Source: the human T2T-CHM13v2.0 reference genome, Homo sapiens. Taken from it: DNA of 64,000 bases. Positions within the stretch are counted from its first letter, which is position 1. Every line of letters begins with the position of its first letter. Positions 1 through 13,219 of the stretch are shown here, piece by piece. The notes beneath the pieces are model-generated. The model was given only the letters and a program-made list of their open reading frames with translations, was not told where the DNA came from and ran no database searches. The stretch lies in assembly GCF_009914755.1 (NCBI RefSeq), contig NC_060935.1; one strand, written 5' to 3'. The translations under genes and the position numbers were made by a program.

Positions 1-292
1 TGGTTACCAGAAGCAACCTTAGCATTTTGTGGCTTGTAGGTGCAACACTACAGCCACATGGCCACCTTCTCCAGTGTCTTCACTTTGTCTTCCATATATG
101 TACATATGTCTCTGTGTCCAAATTTCACCTCTTTATAAGGACACCAGTCCTGTTCGAGTCCACCCTGATGACTTCATTTTAATTTGATGATGTCTGTAAA
201 GATCCTACTTCCAAATACGTTTATATTCTGAGGTTCCAAAGGATAGGGCTTCCACATATCTTTTTTGAAAGACACACAGTGCAACTCAATAA
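1..292 (-). mobile_element. MaLR LTR (MLT1B/C-like), truncated by window edge
   Basis: Antisense MLT1 motifs 'tctgtgtccaaatttc..tataaggacaccagtc', 'ccctgatgacttcattttaa' and 'tattctgagg'. Confidence 0.8.
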
Positions 293-469
293 GGAGTTAA
301 ACCGGGAAAGGTAGCTTGGGAACAATTGTGAGGAAACATTTATTCAAATGAATATTATAAATAAATCACATATCACATGACAAATATTTTGCTACTAAAA
401 AAAGTTTTATAACATAAATAAATGGAAATGAATTTAGGATATAGAAAGAGAAACACTATTGTATCAATG

Positions 470-845
470 CAGAGAAAGAGCTCTGCAATTAATCATTCTA
501 AATTTAGTGGCTTGAAACAACCACTTGAAACAACCGATCATTATTCTGATTGTGTACCTATGGGTCAGCTGAAGGCCATCTGATCTAGTCCGCACTCGTC
601 TGAGGAGGCTCAGCTTTAAGAATTGCTCATCCTCCTTGGATAACTGGGCCAGTTGGGGGCATGTTCTTATGACAGTGTCAAAAGGGCAGGAGAGTAAATG
701 GAAGTAACTCAGGGCTATCACTTCAGCTCATATGTAATTAGTAAAAGCAAGACTTACGGCCGAGTTCAAAGTTTAGAGGGAGCAACTATAAAGTTACATG
801 GCAAAGGGAACAAATACAGAGAGGAGTGATGAATTGGGAGCCATC
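470..845 (-). mobile_element. Old MaLR LTR (MLT1H/I/J-like)
   Basis: MLT1-type motifs 'aaatttagtggcttgaaacaac', 'tcacttcagctcatat..agtaaaagcaagacttacggcc' and 'aagttacatggcaaaggg'. Confidence 0.65.
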
Positions 846-1749
846 TCCCTCTGAACTTTGCAGTCAAACAGATCTAAGGTAATGTGAGATACAAAGATAG
901 ATATTTAAAATTATTTTGTTACCTATTACATAACCCCTTTACTCTCTTTATAGCAGGCAATAGCTTGTTCCTGTAGAGTATCTGTAAAATTCTCTCTCTT
1001 CTTTACTCATTATCTTTTAACCTTCTCTTATTTTATGGTTAAAGAAGGAAACAGTCGATATTCAAGACAAAATGATAAGGACTAATAATGGTAGAATATA
1101 ATATCTTCCCAGGAACACACTGAGGGACTCTGCCAAACCTAGGTAGGTTTTGCTTACTCCATCACAATGAGGTAAAAGTGGTGGAATTTCAGTTATATTC
1201 TGAGGTTTGGCACAATCTTCCCACTGTCCTTAGGTGATTAGGGGCATCCACCTAATTCAGCCATATGTAAAGTAATTGTGGTGCTAAAGGATACCAGAAA
1301 AGCCTCTCTGCCTGTTTCTCCTTATCAATCATCACCAATTGACAGTGATGCCAAGGGCTGTCAGGATGCCTCCTAGAAATGTGGATTAAATCTAGACCCT
1401 GAGACTGTGTCCAACTCTGTGGTCTGACAACACCTTTATGCTGTCAGTACTCAATCAGTGCTCTTCCCCTTCATCATTGTCAGTAATATCATCCTCCCAC
1501 CAGTAAATGTGAACTCTGCCTCACAGCCATGGCAGCTCCCACAGACCTGAAGTGTGAACCCATCTCTGGGCTTCAGTTGGCAATTGAATTGCAGCAGAAA
1601 CCATACCAACTCCTGATGTGTGAAAAAGACGAGGATCTGAATGGCACTGTGCTTTATCGGCCATAAACACACAGTTTATGAAGAAAAAAACTTAAAGGAA
1701 GGAATAAATGACTCTTTAGGTTCACTACTAATGGCTATTCTTTTTCTCT

Positions 1750-2040
1750 CTAATTTTAAAAGTAGAACGTGGTCATAGACAATTGGGAAAATTACAGAAA
1801 GGCATAAAGAGAAATACAAAAATGACCCATAACAGCACCACGCAGAGATAACCACAGTTAACATTTTATTGTTTCTCTTTCCTGTCACTCTTGCATACAG
1901 ATAAATACATATTTTACATAAAAGTAGATCACAGAAAATAGATGACCCACTTTTTATTCATCTTTAATATTACGGGCACTAACCCAGATCATTTTCATTA
2001 AATATTATTCAGAAACATGATTTTTATACATTAGGGTAGT
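1750..2040 (-). mobile_element. Ancient L1 (L1ME-like) 3' fragment
   Basis: 'cccataacagcaccacgcagagataaccacagttaacatttt' resembles antisense L1ME 3' UTR. Confidence 0.5.
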
Positions 2041-2147
2041 CCACTTTCACATTTCTCTCTGTCCTGTTTGGCATCCATGAGTCCAAAATAAGGACCTCAT
2101 ATTAAGGATAGTTGTTGCTAAAACGTTGACTTTCCATCCTCAATGTT

Positions 2148-2602
2148 TGTCATACACTGGGTCCTCTAGAAAGTGTCTGTGAGAGAGGGTATGTGGGCTA
2201 TTAACTGATTGGAAACACAGTTGAAGGAAGCAGTAGCAGAGGATGAGGGGAGAGAGGCTGGGAAGGATGGAGAGTCAATACAATAAAGCATTTTCCAGCA
2301 GGTTGCCACAGGACTGCCTGGGAAGCTCTATAATCAGAATCGAAAGATCATCCATAGGAAGACGGAAGGAGACTATCCACATGCAACCATCTGCTGCTGG
2401 ATGAAGATTCACTCCACAGAGTGCCAGTGTTCTTGCATTTCTGGGTTGCACATGCACGAACACCAGGTGGAGTCTCTTGCCATGGGCCTGAGGCAAAGCC
2501 CTGTCAGGCTGGAGCTGTGTGGAGTCATGGGAGCTGGTGCACAGCAGCAGCTGGAAAAGAAACAGGCGGGTCTGATGTACTGCAAAAAAGGTGTCTGATT
2601 CA
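2148..2602 (-). mobile_element. ERVL-type solo LTR (LTR33/LTR16-like)
   Basis: Contains 'cttgcatttctgggttgcacatgc' and ends 'ggtgtctgattca'; layout parallels the element at 12110-12614. Confidence 0.5.
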
Positions 2603-3384
2603 ATGCCTTGTATACAACTTTATGGCTATTTTTAAAAAAAGAGACAAAAACCATAAATGTTTAAAAGAAATATTTCATTGTTATTTTGACAACGTTAGGC
2701 CACAAAGAGAGATAAGAGAGAATAAAACTGTAAAAGTTTTCTTTTACAGGAGAGCAGAGTTGGTGCATCTTATCCTAGTAGGACAGTCACAGGCACCTGC
2801 AATTCCTTTCCTTCAAAATCCTCCTAGTAACAACTGCTCTGGGATGTCTTTCTTTATTATTCCCCCTGAATGAGCATTGTCTAGTGCACCCATGGCATTT
2901 TTGTACTCTCTTCCCTCTGCAGTCACCATGACAGTATTGTAGGGTGGGTTCTCCACTTAACAGAGTAGAAATTGCTAAATACAACTGTTTAGCCTTTTGT
3001 ATCTATGTATGTACTCAAAATTGTGAAGTAACTTCAGTCAGAATTTTAGAGGTAAGAACACTTTATTTAAACACATAAATAATATCAAATTCCCATTCTG
3101 TAAATAGCAATACTTTAGGCAAGTTCAGTGGACATGGAGATTAAATGAGGTATGTCAGTGAGGCTGCAGATAAGGTAGCACAAGTATACGAATGTCTTGT
3201 CCAACAAACACTGCTCAGTCACCCACTTATTCATGCCAAGCACGAATAAGAAGTAAAGAAGAATCAGATACAACCTTTTATTTATTTTACAGTTAAAAAA
3301 GGAGCACTTTATATTTGTTACAAGCTGAAAGTGCATTTTTGTATATATTAACTAGTTAGATGTTTATTCTAACCCTGGGGAATG

Positions 3385-3570
3385 GAAGTTAAGGCCCCAG
3401 GCTCTGGATTAAGAGAGGTGTCATTTCAAGTCTCACTTATGTATAAAACAAAAAGAATAATGATAATATGAACTTTACTGGGTTGCTGTGAGAATAAAAT
3501 AAGATAATGCATATAAAGCACTTAGTACATTGCCAAGCATAAAGTAACTTAATAAATATTAGCTGTTTGT
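3385..3570 (+). mobile_element. MIR SINE
   Basis: MIR 3' core 'gggttgctgtgagaataaaataagataatgcatataaagcacttagtaca...ttaataaatattagct'. Confidence 0.85.
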
Positions 3571-4434
3571 TATATTGTTCCAATTTCACAGTGAGTTTAA
3601 ATGCATTGTTCAGGATCCCATGTCAGGGTGGAGTTAGAAGAACACTTGTTTTCTGTCTTCCAGGCTAGCAATATTTCTTTTGAGGTACAACACTGAGAAG
3701 CACAGTTGCTAGTTTCAGACCTCCTTCCCTAACACTCAGAGCAACTTTCTGCACTAATGGACAGTCAATAAACACGGTTGAATAACTAAGAGGTGGAAGA
3801 CTGTAAGTCAAATTATATAGTTGCTAATGTATAAAAAAAACAAAACGTGTTTCAGTGCTTTGCTTGGCATTGCTGGGGAGAATATTAAAGATATCAAACA
3901 TTATCGGTTCCTTTGGTCAACTGTCTGGTGAGAAAAGATTTAGTTGCTCAGCTCATGAACAAATCCTTCAGAGATAGGTTATGTTTTAGCAGAGTTGGCC
4001 TGAGCACTGAGCATCAAGATATTCAGGAGATAATTCAAGTTCTCATCATCTTGTCAGGTGAAAAGCAGGGCGTGGTGGTATTGACTGAGGAAAGGAAAGG
4101 CTTTTTGCTTCTCACACAGGAAAGACCGGGGGCAGAGACTTCCATGGCCCAGGCATCTCAGAAAGGAAAAGAGTTCTGGATCACCAAAGTCTAACTCAGT
4201 GTGTTTACATCAAGAATGTTAAGTGCATGCAGGAGTTGAAATGTTCAAGTTATTGAAGCCCAAGCAAACTGGAACAAAAGGACAGCAGTTGCATTGAGAA
4301 AGAGCCAGTGGGATGGAATCCACATCCTGAAATGTAAACCTGTGCTTGTTATCCGGAGACTAAGGGCTTTGGAAAAGAATGTTGCAATTTTTCTATTTCA
4401 TTACCTGACTATTACTACAGTAGACTTTCTAGTT

Positions 4435-4740
4435 ACCATTTATTGAGCATCTACTATGTATCAGGAACATACATACATTAGCTCATTTAATTAGCTTCCA
4501 ATTCTCCTATATCCATAAGGGATTGGAGCTCAGGGAAGGGGCTTTATTCATTTTGCTCACCTCCATATCCCCGTGCCTAAAATAGTGCCTAGCAGAGTAG
4601 GTTCTCAGTAGAAGAGGATAAATATTATTATCATCCAAACCTGAAACTCAGAAGGATTATATGGCTTACCTAAGCTAAGAAATGGAGGGGCTGAGTCTGG
4701 AATCCAGATCCATCTAACCCCAAGTCCTGCCCTCATCCCC
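4435..4740 (-). mobile_element. MIR (antisense) interrupted by an L2 3' end at ~4520-4610
   Basis: MIR motifs 'atttattgagcatctactatg' and 'gaaactcagaag..gagtctggaatccag' flank the L2 tail 'atccccgtgcctaaaatagtgcctagcagagtaggttctcagta'. Confidence 0.65.
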
Positions 4741-4789
4741 TGCATTAGTTTCTCTTACCAGTTGCCCCACCTCTAGGTTTCTCCCTTTT

Positions 4790-5350
4790 CAAAGATCATG
4801 TCACCACATTTAGTCCCCTAAAACACTGTCCTTATGTTTTTCAACTGAAAATCCTCGAGGTCTCTCAGCTGCCTTAAGATGACATTCAAACTCCCTGGCC
4901 TAGCATTCCAGGCCCTATGAAATATGGTCTTTACATCACTAGTTTGCACTAAAGCTTGAGTGCAATATTCTTGCTCTTGCTTGAGTAGGTCTTGTGCACT
5001 TCTGCCCTCTATCTCTCTCCCTTTACATATGTCATTTGAAATGACCGATTGATTCCATCTGAATCCCTCCTACTCTTTAGAATTCAGCCCACATTGCACT
5101 TCTTCAATGATGCTTTTCTATCCCAGCATGTAATAATTTCTCATTTCCCAGAAATTTCAAATCTCTTATTATGTGCCCCATTCTCTAGTTCATTAGATAA
5201 TATTTCTCACAATAACTGGTCTTCATTAGGAGTATAAAACTTGTCTCCACAACTAGAATGTAAGCACATTGAGAGCAGTAATCATGGCCAGAACTAATTT
5301 GTAAAAGACAAACACTACATTTAGCATATAAAAATTATTGGTTGAATGAT
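4790..5350 (+). mobile_element. L2 LINE 3' fragment
   Basis: 'caaactccctggcctagcattccaggccct', 'actagaatgtaagcacattgagagcag', and tail 'ttggttgaatga'. Confidence 0.7.
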
Positions 5351-5401
5351 TAATGCAGTTAAGCATTTTGGGTTAGACTAGCTAGATGGCATATGTTAAA
5401 T

Positions 5402-5446
5402 ACATGTGTGTGTGTGTGTATGTGTGTGCGTGCGTGCATGCATGTA
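5402..5446. repeat. (TG)n/(TGCG)n alternating purine-pyrimidine microsatellite
   Basis: Directly visible. Confidence 0.95.
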
Positions 5447-8171
5447 ATTATTGGTTTAGATACAAAAAAGTGCAAACACTAATATCTTGATACTGTAAGA
5501 TGTCCCCTGCTTTTCCTCTTTCTTTGCTCTTTGGCCTTTGCTGTTGGCAGGATCCTTGTGTGTCTCTGTTACATGACAGAGACTGCCAATTCTGGGAGAC
5601 ATCCTGCTGAGAGATAAATCCAGAGTCACATCAGCCTGGCTGGGCTGGAGTTCAAAGATCCTGGCCAAGATTTCAAACTGGCTCTATTCAAGAGCCACGA
5701 AGTTTTGAGTGGCAGATTTTGCTGCAAGATTACTGCAAGATTGCTGATGGGGATTCTCAGTGACTTCAACAGGGACATGATCAAGTTCTACCCAAAATGC
5801 CAAGTCAAATTAGAGACTGGCACTGTGAAAAGCAAGAATTAGGAAAGATTATTATTTATTAACCCTTGTTAATGCAAAAAAAAAAAAAACCACAATGATA
5901 CACTTCTTAGCTTGGGAGTATCATTCAGACTAAACACTACTGTTCCTTGCAAATCAATCAGTTTTAAGGGAAATGCTCATTTACCTGACAAAATGTTTGC
6001 CATGTTAGAGTGGAGGTAGGAGAGAAGCTGTCTCCTTCCTGCACTGGCACATACCACCACAATAAAGAAATACAAAGCTGCCTAAGTCCATTCTCAAAAG
6101 GGCAGTTTCTAATCCTTTTAGGGTAAGAGAATGAATTTTACTGAGCAGTCTCCCATCAGTAGCTGTTCCTATTCTCAAAAGAATTCAGTTGTTCCCCCCC
6201 AAAAAAACCAACTACTATTTGGAACAATCCCCTGGGAACTATTGAGGAACCAGACTGGGGTCTCTACACCATGTGGAGCAAAGACAAAGATTTGAGCTCC
6301 TAGAAGCTGCTCTGGAAATATTATTCAAATAGTTGTTCACTTAAAAAAAATTGTTTCCTTTTCTCTGTACAATAGAAGCAGGTTGGGGGCTTAGAGGTAT
6401 TCTGAAAGGGACAGCCACTCTGGAAAGGAAGCAAGTATATGTATTACACTAAATTACAATTACTATTGACTTGTCTTCCAGGGTACAATGGAGATAAGTA
6501 GAAGCAAGTAGAGAAGACTGAAAGCTCCTTGAGGCAGGAGCTGTCATGTTGACCTCTGGGCTCTCTGCTTCTGGAACATAATAAACACTCAGGAGTGTTT
6601 ATGTGATTTACTTATGCTTGCACAAGTAAATAAATGGGCTAGGAAATGAATAAAAGTAGTGGGTTTCTTTTCTATCTTGGCTCTTATTGAGTGGATTATT
6701 CCCAGGTTATTAGAATATTACCATTTTTAAAACTTCTCTGCCATAAGTAACACCTAAATTTACAGTAATTAAAACCTAATGTTTCCTGAATTTTCTATAG
6801 CTTCCAAATATTTAAACCATAGTGGGCTAAAATATGCATATCCACTCAGAATGTTCCACTGGACACATGTCCCAGCTAAAAAACACTAAACATCAACTAT
6901 GGTGTGATCTCTAAATGTCAGTATTGGGACTTGACCACCTTCCTTGACTCTGACCACTAATGAAAACACTCTGTGCTATGTTCCAGAGCTGCAGGATGCT
7001 TGACAGATTTGCTGGAAATTTTCACACTGCTCTGACCTCTCTACTAGCTTCCAGGAACACCGCTTCAATACCTTATAATGCCATTACTGTCACTCCCAAA
7101 CAGGCTCAGAAATATGTGCTGAGAAATGAAATTTTCTTCAGACATTTCTTCACCTAAACCTTCCAACTCTGAAAGAGAGAAGACTCTATCAAGTGAGTCA
7201 ATTTTGTCTTAAAGGCAAACAAAAAGTTATTGGTACCAGGTTTCAAATATTTAACAGAAAGTATACTTGAAGCATGGCTAAAAAAAAAAAAGTTACTGCT
7301 TTTAGGTGCAACTTGAAGAAAATGAAAATACTTTCTATGTCACTAGCTCCTGAAGCATTCTTTTATTTTTCAAGATGTGTAATCCTTGTAAATAATCTGA
7401 TTATTTCTTAATACCAACAAGGATTGCTTGTAATTACTTGCCTCAAAATTCTCATCCCAGGTTTTCAGAAATAAAGTGTGTCCCCGTGACTATGATGGCA
7501 ATAACATTCAAAAGGTGCACAAACTTCAATTTCAGTTCACATTCATGCAAAATGCCACTTAACAGGAAAATCAAAGCAGCTGAGACAATAGACAGCTGAA
7601 CTTCCTCCAGTTACTTCCCTTCTTCTATTATGATTCCAACTATGGGGAGATGCTCCCCAAGTGTGCTTGACTATATGGGAAAGCACTTCCTTCTATGACT
7701 CACAGGCCAGACCTTAGTAGCATAAGATCAAAAGAACCAGGATGTAGAAGAAAGAAAATTGTTAACGTGGCCAAATAGGTGCAGATACTGGCTCTATTCT
7801 CTCGCCAAGTGGTTAATTCCCCCTCCTCAGCAGGTCTGTAGTTGGCTTCAACCTGAGGGGAAGAGGCTGGAACACCTTTAGGATACAGTGGATGCTATTA
7901 CCTCCAGCTGTGCCTACCTAAGTGAAATAAATTGGCTAATTGAAGCAATTATTTGGGAATTCAATCCCAAACACCTCACCATCGGGGAGCAATGAGGATA
8001 ATTTGGAGTTTTTGCCAAAGTAGGTTAACTAATGACTTTCTTTGCATAGATTTAAAAGTTGGGTTAAAGAAGTATGGTACTTCCATTTTTGAAGACATGG
8101 GATCAGGGTGCACCTGGGTTTACACTGAACTGTGAGCAGTGTGTGCATGTAAGGAGTGGGAAGATCTAGGT

Positions 8172-8355
8172 CAGTGGTTCTCAAATTTTAGCATGTATCA
8201 GAATCACCAGGAGAGCTTGTTGAAATGCAAATTGCTGGGCTGCACCCCCAGAATGTCTGCATCACTAAGTCTGGGGCCTGGGAATTTGCATTTCTAACAA
8301 GTTACAAATTGATGCAGATGTTGCTGGTCCAGGCACTACATTTTGAGAATCACTG
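8172..8355. mobile_element. MER5A (hAT-Charlie MITE), full length
   Basis: Terminal inverted repeats cagtggttctcaaa / tttgagaatcactg; internal 'atcagaatcacc' and 'aatttgcatttctaacaag'; degenerate 8-bp TSD atctaggt/atttaggc. Confidence 0.93.
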
Positions 8356-9193
8356 ATTTAGGCTTCACTCTTGAGAAATTTAAGACAGTGTAGATGTATG
8401 ATAACCTCATTCTCTCTGATCTCTTGAAAATCCAAATATATAAGGTTGGCTAATATATTTATTCATTCAACAAAAAAATAGTTTGTTGAGCACTCAACAC
8501 ATGAAGCTCACCTTGGTAATACAGAGATAAAAGATCAGCCTTTATCCCAAAGAGGCTCCTAGTCACTGGAGACACAAAAACAGATAAAAGATGAGGATGA
8601 AGCTGTGTGAGAAGTGATATCACAGAGGTAAAGACCAATTGCCAGGGAGAACACAGAAACTAGACCCAGACTGGCAGTCACCAGAAAATTTCCTAGGCCT
8701 GCAGGGTAGCAAAGAACGGAAAATAAAGGTAGTATGGTTGAAGAGTTTATTGACATCCCTTAGAGCCAGTGTTCCTAAGCCCAAGTGCAGTGCTCCGTTC
8801 GTGGGTAAGCTTCTTGATGTCAAGAACCATTTATACCACAAAGCTGCCCAACACTGGCCACTAGGCACATAGTGGGTTTCAGTGTATGAATGATGTCAGC
8901 GCTCCATTAATACTAATGACTCCCCCAGTGGAAAATGTACTAAGAAAAGTACGTTGTTTCAAACTGACTCCTAAAACAGTACCAGAGGAAAAGAGCTATT
9001 AATCACCAAAAATCTGATTCAAATTTGGAAGAGCAAATGTTGAAGGGGAAAAAACTGAATCCTATTATCAACTCCTTGAACCCACTACTTCCTCCTAATC
9101 AGTAGTTGTTTCACTTTACTGAAAGTCAACCATATTTGATAACTAATTATTTACAGGTGAACAAAGTTACCAGATTTGAAAGAAGACGATGAG

Positions 9194-9642
<449 letters not shown>

Positions 9643-10205
9643 TTATGCAAATAGTTTGATACAATTCACTTTTGAAAAATTACATTAACATTCATGGCTA
9701 ACATTTGCCCTGGTGAAATGAAATGGGTATTAACTCGTTTAGCCAAAGTATTCAAAAATAAGAGTAAATAGCCCTTTTCATGAATTCAAAATGAAAAGGA
9801 TGTCGATCTTCCTTAATTTGAGGCAACATGCCAACATTTATTCTTAATAGTACTTCCCTACTATAATTAAGATCAGATAAAAAACAAACTGCTATAATTT
9901 ACTCACCAACATTTTGGTAAGGCTTTTTTCCCTCTCTTTGGTTTTGGGGCTCCTTAGTTTAGATGTATTTCTTTCTAATTTTTCTTTTCTCCTTTAGTCA
10001 ACGAATAAGGAAGAAGATTGTGTATTTTTTCCTTTTAGCAAGTAGACAAAAGTCTTCATTCTACGCCTAGATTATTTTTGGAAGTGGACTAGAGAAGTAA
10101 CTAGGGAAAAGAAATAGCAGCTATGATGTAGGCAAATCAAAAGGCAGTGAAATAGATAGATAAGCTTTATCTTCTTTTCTAACTCTAAGACTTCATGGTA
10201 CCTAT

Positions 10206-10575
10206 TGATACGGTTAGGTTTTGTGTCCCCACCCAAGTCTCATCTGATTTATACTCCCTATAATCCCCACATGTCAAAGGAGAGATGAGGTGGAGGTAAT
10301 TGGATCATGGGGGCAGTTTCCCCCTGCTGTTCTTGTGATAGTGACTTCTCACGAGATCTGAGTTTTTCAAGTGTTTGGCATTTCCTTCTGCATTCATTCT
10401 CCCTCCTGCTGCCTTATGAAGAACATGCCTTGCTTCCGCTTGCCTTCTGCCACGATTATAAGTTCCCTGAGGTCTTCCCAGCCTTGCAGAAATGTGAGTC
10501 AATTAAGCCTCTTCCCTTTATAAATTATCCAGTCTCAGTCAGTTCCCTATAGCAGTGTGAAAATGGACTAATACA
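10206..10575 (+). mobile_element. THE1 (THE1C/D-like) MaLR solo LTR
   Basis: Starts tgatacggtt..tgtgtccccaccca and ends gaaaatggactaataca; perfect 5-bp TSD cctat at 10201-10205 and 10576-10580. Confidence 0.95.
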
Positions 10576-11194
10576 CCTATAATAAATTATCACCTCACTT
10601 TTAGATTACATTACAACTTCCCCTTTGATTGGTAAAGAAACATCTTCATTTGCAAACAAGTCATGTTTCAAAAGTCTGTAAGCCAGTTATTTTAAACATG
10701 GAAGGCTTTTGTTCCAGAAATATGTTATAAATGGCAATCAAAGTACATAAGCATATCTCATTCATAATATATCTATTGTACTAAAATATAGGGACACCAA
10801 TAAGAAATCATAAATTACATGTAAGATTAAAACAGAGGTTTTGAATGAAAAACTCTAATATTCCATCCTCTAGACACTTGAAGAAAAGCAGGTTTAATCA
10901 GAGGCCAAGAGGGTGGATGAAAATTTTGCTAAAGATGATAAAGTGGGATCCTGGTACTATTAATAACTTGGTACTTGATAACATTTGCCCTTATTTATAA
11001 CATTATGTCAAAACATATAACAGGTGTAACACTAAATATCCTTTATGCTCATTAGTCATTGTTCGTGTTGAACTTTAGCTTGTAAATAAATTAGAGAGAT
11101 GAATAAAAATTCCCCCTCATTGGAACGGCAGTGGTGCTAACTAAACCACTTGAATCATGCAGTTGTAGCCCTTCTCACTTTTGCTTTTCTTTGT

Positions 11195-11365
11195 TTGATC
11201 ATTTGATTAATGACTTCTCCACTGGCCCAAAGATCTATAAGGGTAGATATCTCATCAGTTTTTGCTAATCATTACATCCCCGACACTTAAAAGAGAGCCA
11301 AGTACACAGCTGCTCAAAAATAATTTTTGAACAGATGAATGGGTGAGTGAATGAACAAATGAGTA
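11195..11365 (+). mobile_element. L2 3' end
   Basis: 'aagatctataagggtagat..atccccgacactt..ctcaaaaataattttgaa' followed by a TGAA-like tail. Confidence 0.65.
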
Positions 11366-12109
11366 AGAAAGAGAAAAAGGAGTGGCCTAAAGAACATAGA
11401 ATTATAGATGTGTTAAAAATGAGTCTCTGACATTACGTTTATTCTCTGTCTAGCCAAAGAGAAGAAAGCAGTAGCCAAAACAGGGGCATAGAAGGAGTTT
11501 CCCAAAGGATAAAGACAGTTAGTAGGACAATTTGCTTGCCGAAAATAGAGTACCTCAGTGTGTCCAAGTTTGGTTTGGTTGCTGTTCCAAAATAAGAGGG
11601 ATTGAAATTGATCAGCCTTAGGATAGTTGAGTGGCAAAGAAGGCCACCTGCAAGTACAATTAGTGGTATACCAAGGGTGGGCCAGTAGGAGAGATCTGCA
11701 CAGCAAGCAGGCAAACGGGTGGGTGGGAGCACTATCTGTAGAGAATTTAAAAAGAAAATCAGTCTTTTTTTTAGTATTACTTTGTAGTTGCAATTCTAAA
11801 AAATGTCAGTGATAAAATATTCCTCTGTAACAAGATCATTTTGGTCTAAGTTCTAAAAAATTCCTGTAGTTACTGTTTTGAGTTTTAATTACATATATGT
11901 AAATTCAAAATTAGCATATTTTAATTACTTACTTTTTAATAAACCTTGCAGTCTAAGTTGAAATTGATTCAGAAAACTTCTAGTTGTACAACAGGTCCCC
12001 AACACAGGTGTCCTTGGGTACACGTTTGTTTAAAAGTAAAATCCTCATAGGGCAGTTTGAAAAATCATTTGGCCGTCCCTTGACGTAAGTATTTAGCATT
12101 AGTCGTAGG

Positions 12110-12614
12110 TGTTTTAGCCTGAGATTGCCAGAAAATAGAGCATGATACAAGGACTTGCTGAAAATATTTTATTTGGGAAGTGTGATCCCAGGAAGCATGT
12201 GAGGAACAGATGGGGAGAACCAGGGAAGGATGGAGCGCCAGTACAAGGATGTGTTATCAAGCTGGCCATCGCTTCAGGAGAATGGCTGCTTTGTTTAGCA
12301 AAGACCACCAGAGAAGCTCCATGGAACACATTTCTGAATCCTTTCCTTGCAGATGGAAAGAGGAGTATTTATCCATGGGCTCCCACCATAGGCTCTTTAA
12401 TCTCTCATGCTTCTAGGTTTTGGTTCACATTGTAACTTCAACTAAAAAGCCCTGGGTGGGGGTAAGATGCAAGGGGAGCCCAGAGCAAAGCACTTTCAGA
12501 TTATACCTGTGTGAAGCTGGTTAGAGCCCACTTAGAACTGGCTGTTCCTGTGGTGGCTAAAAGCAACAGGTAAGGCCCAGATGATCTGAAGTGGTGTATG
12601 GAGGCTGTGATACA
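12110..12614 (-). mobile_element. ERVL-type solo LTR (LTR33/LTR16-like)
   Basis: 'cagaaaatagagcatgatacaaggacttg...tttatttgggaagtgtgatcccaggaagca'; ends '..ctgtgataca'. Confidence 0.65.
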
Positions 12615-12919
12615 TGGCAAGTAATATGATTTTATTATAGATCTGCAATTTTTTATAGGTTCCTTTCCTATGAGGACTTCAATGTCCTACATACAATAAT
12701 CATTGGGTCTGATAAAAAAATTCCCAAGTTTTCACCATTTGTTAATTATTTGAATATTTATTGAATATGTACTAATATTTATTGAGTGTGCCAGGCTTTA
12801 TGCAGGGATAGAAATGTAAATATGACAGATTCTTGACTTTCATAAAGCTCACTGTTTTATCAACTCTATGCCTTCCACTGTAGTGACACAGTGGCACCCC
12901 TCCCCCGAGCCACATCACC

Positions 12920-13219
<300 letters not shown>

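Noticed and set aside
2401-2873. ORFs of 65-150 aa followed by an A-rich tract, resembling a processed pseudogene
   Set aside because: No recognisable protein; the sequence is better explained as an antisense ERVL LTR.
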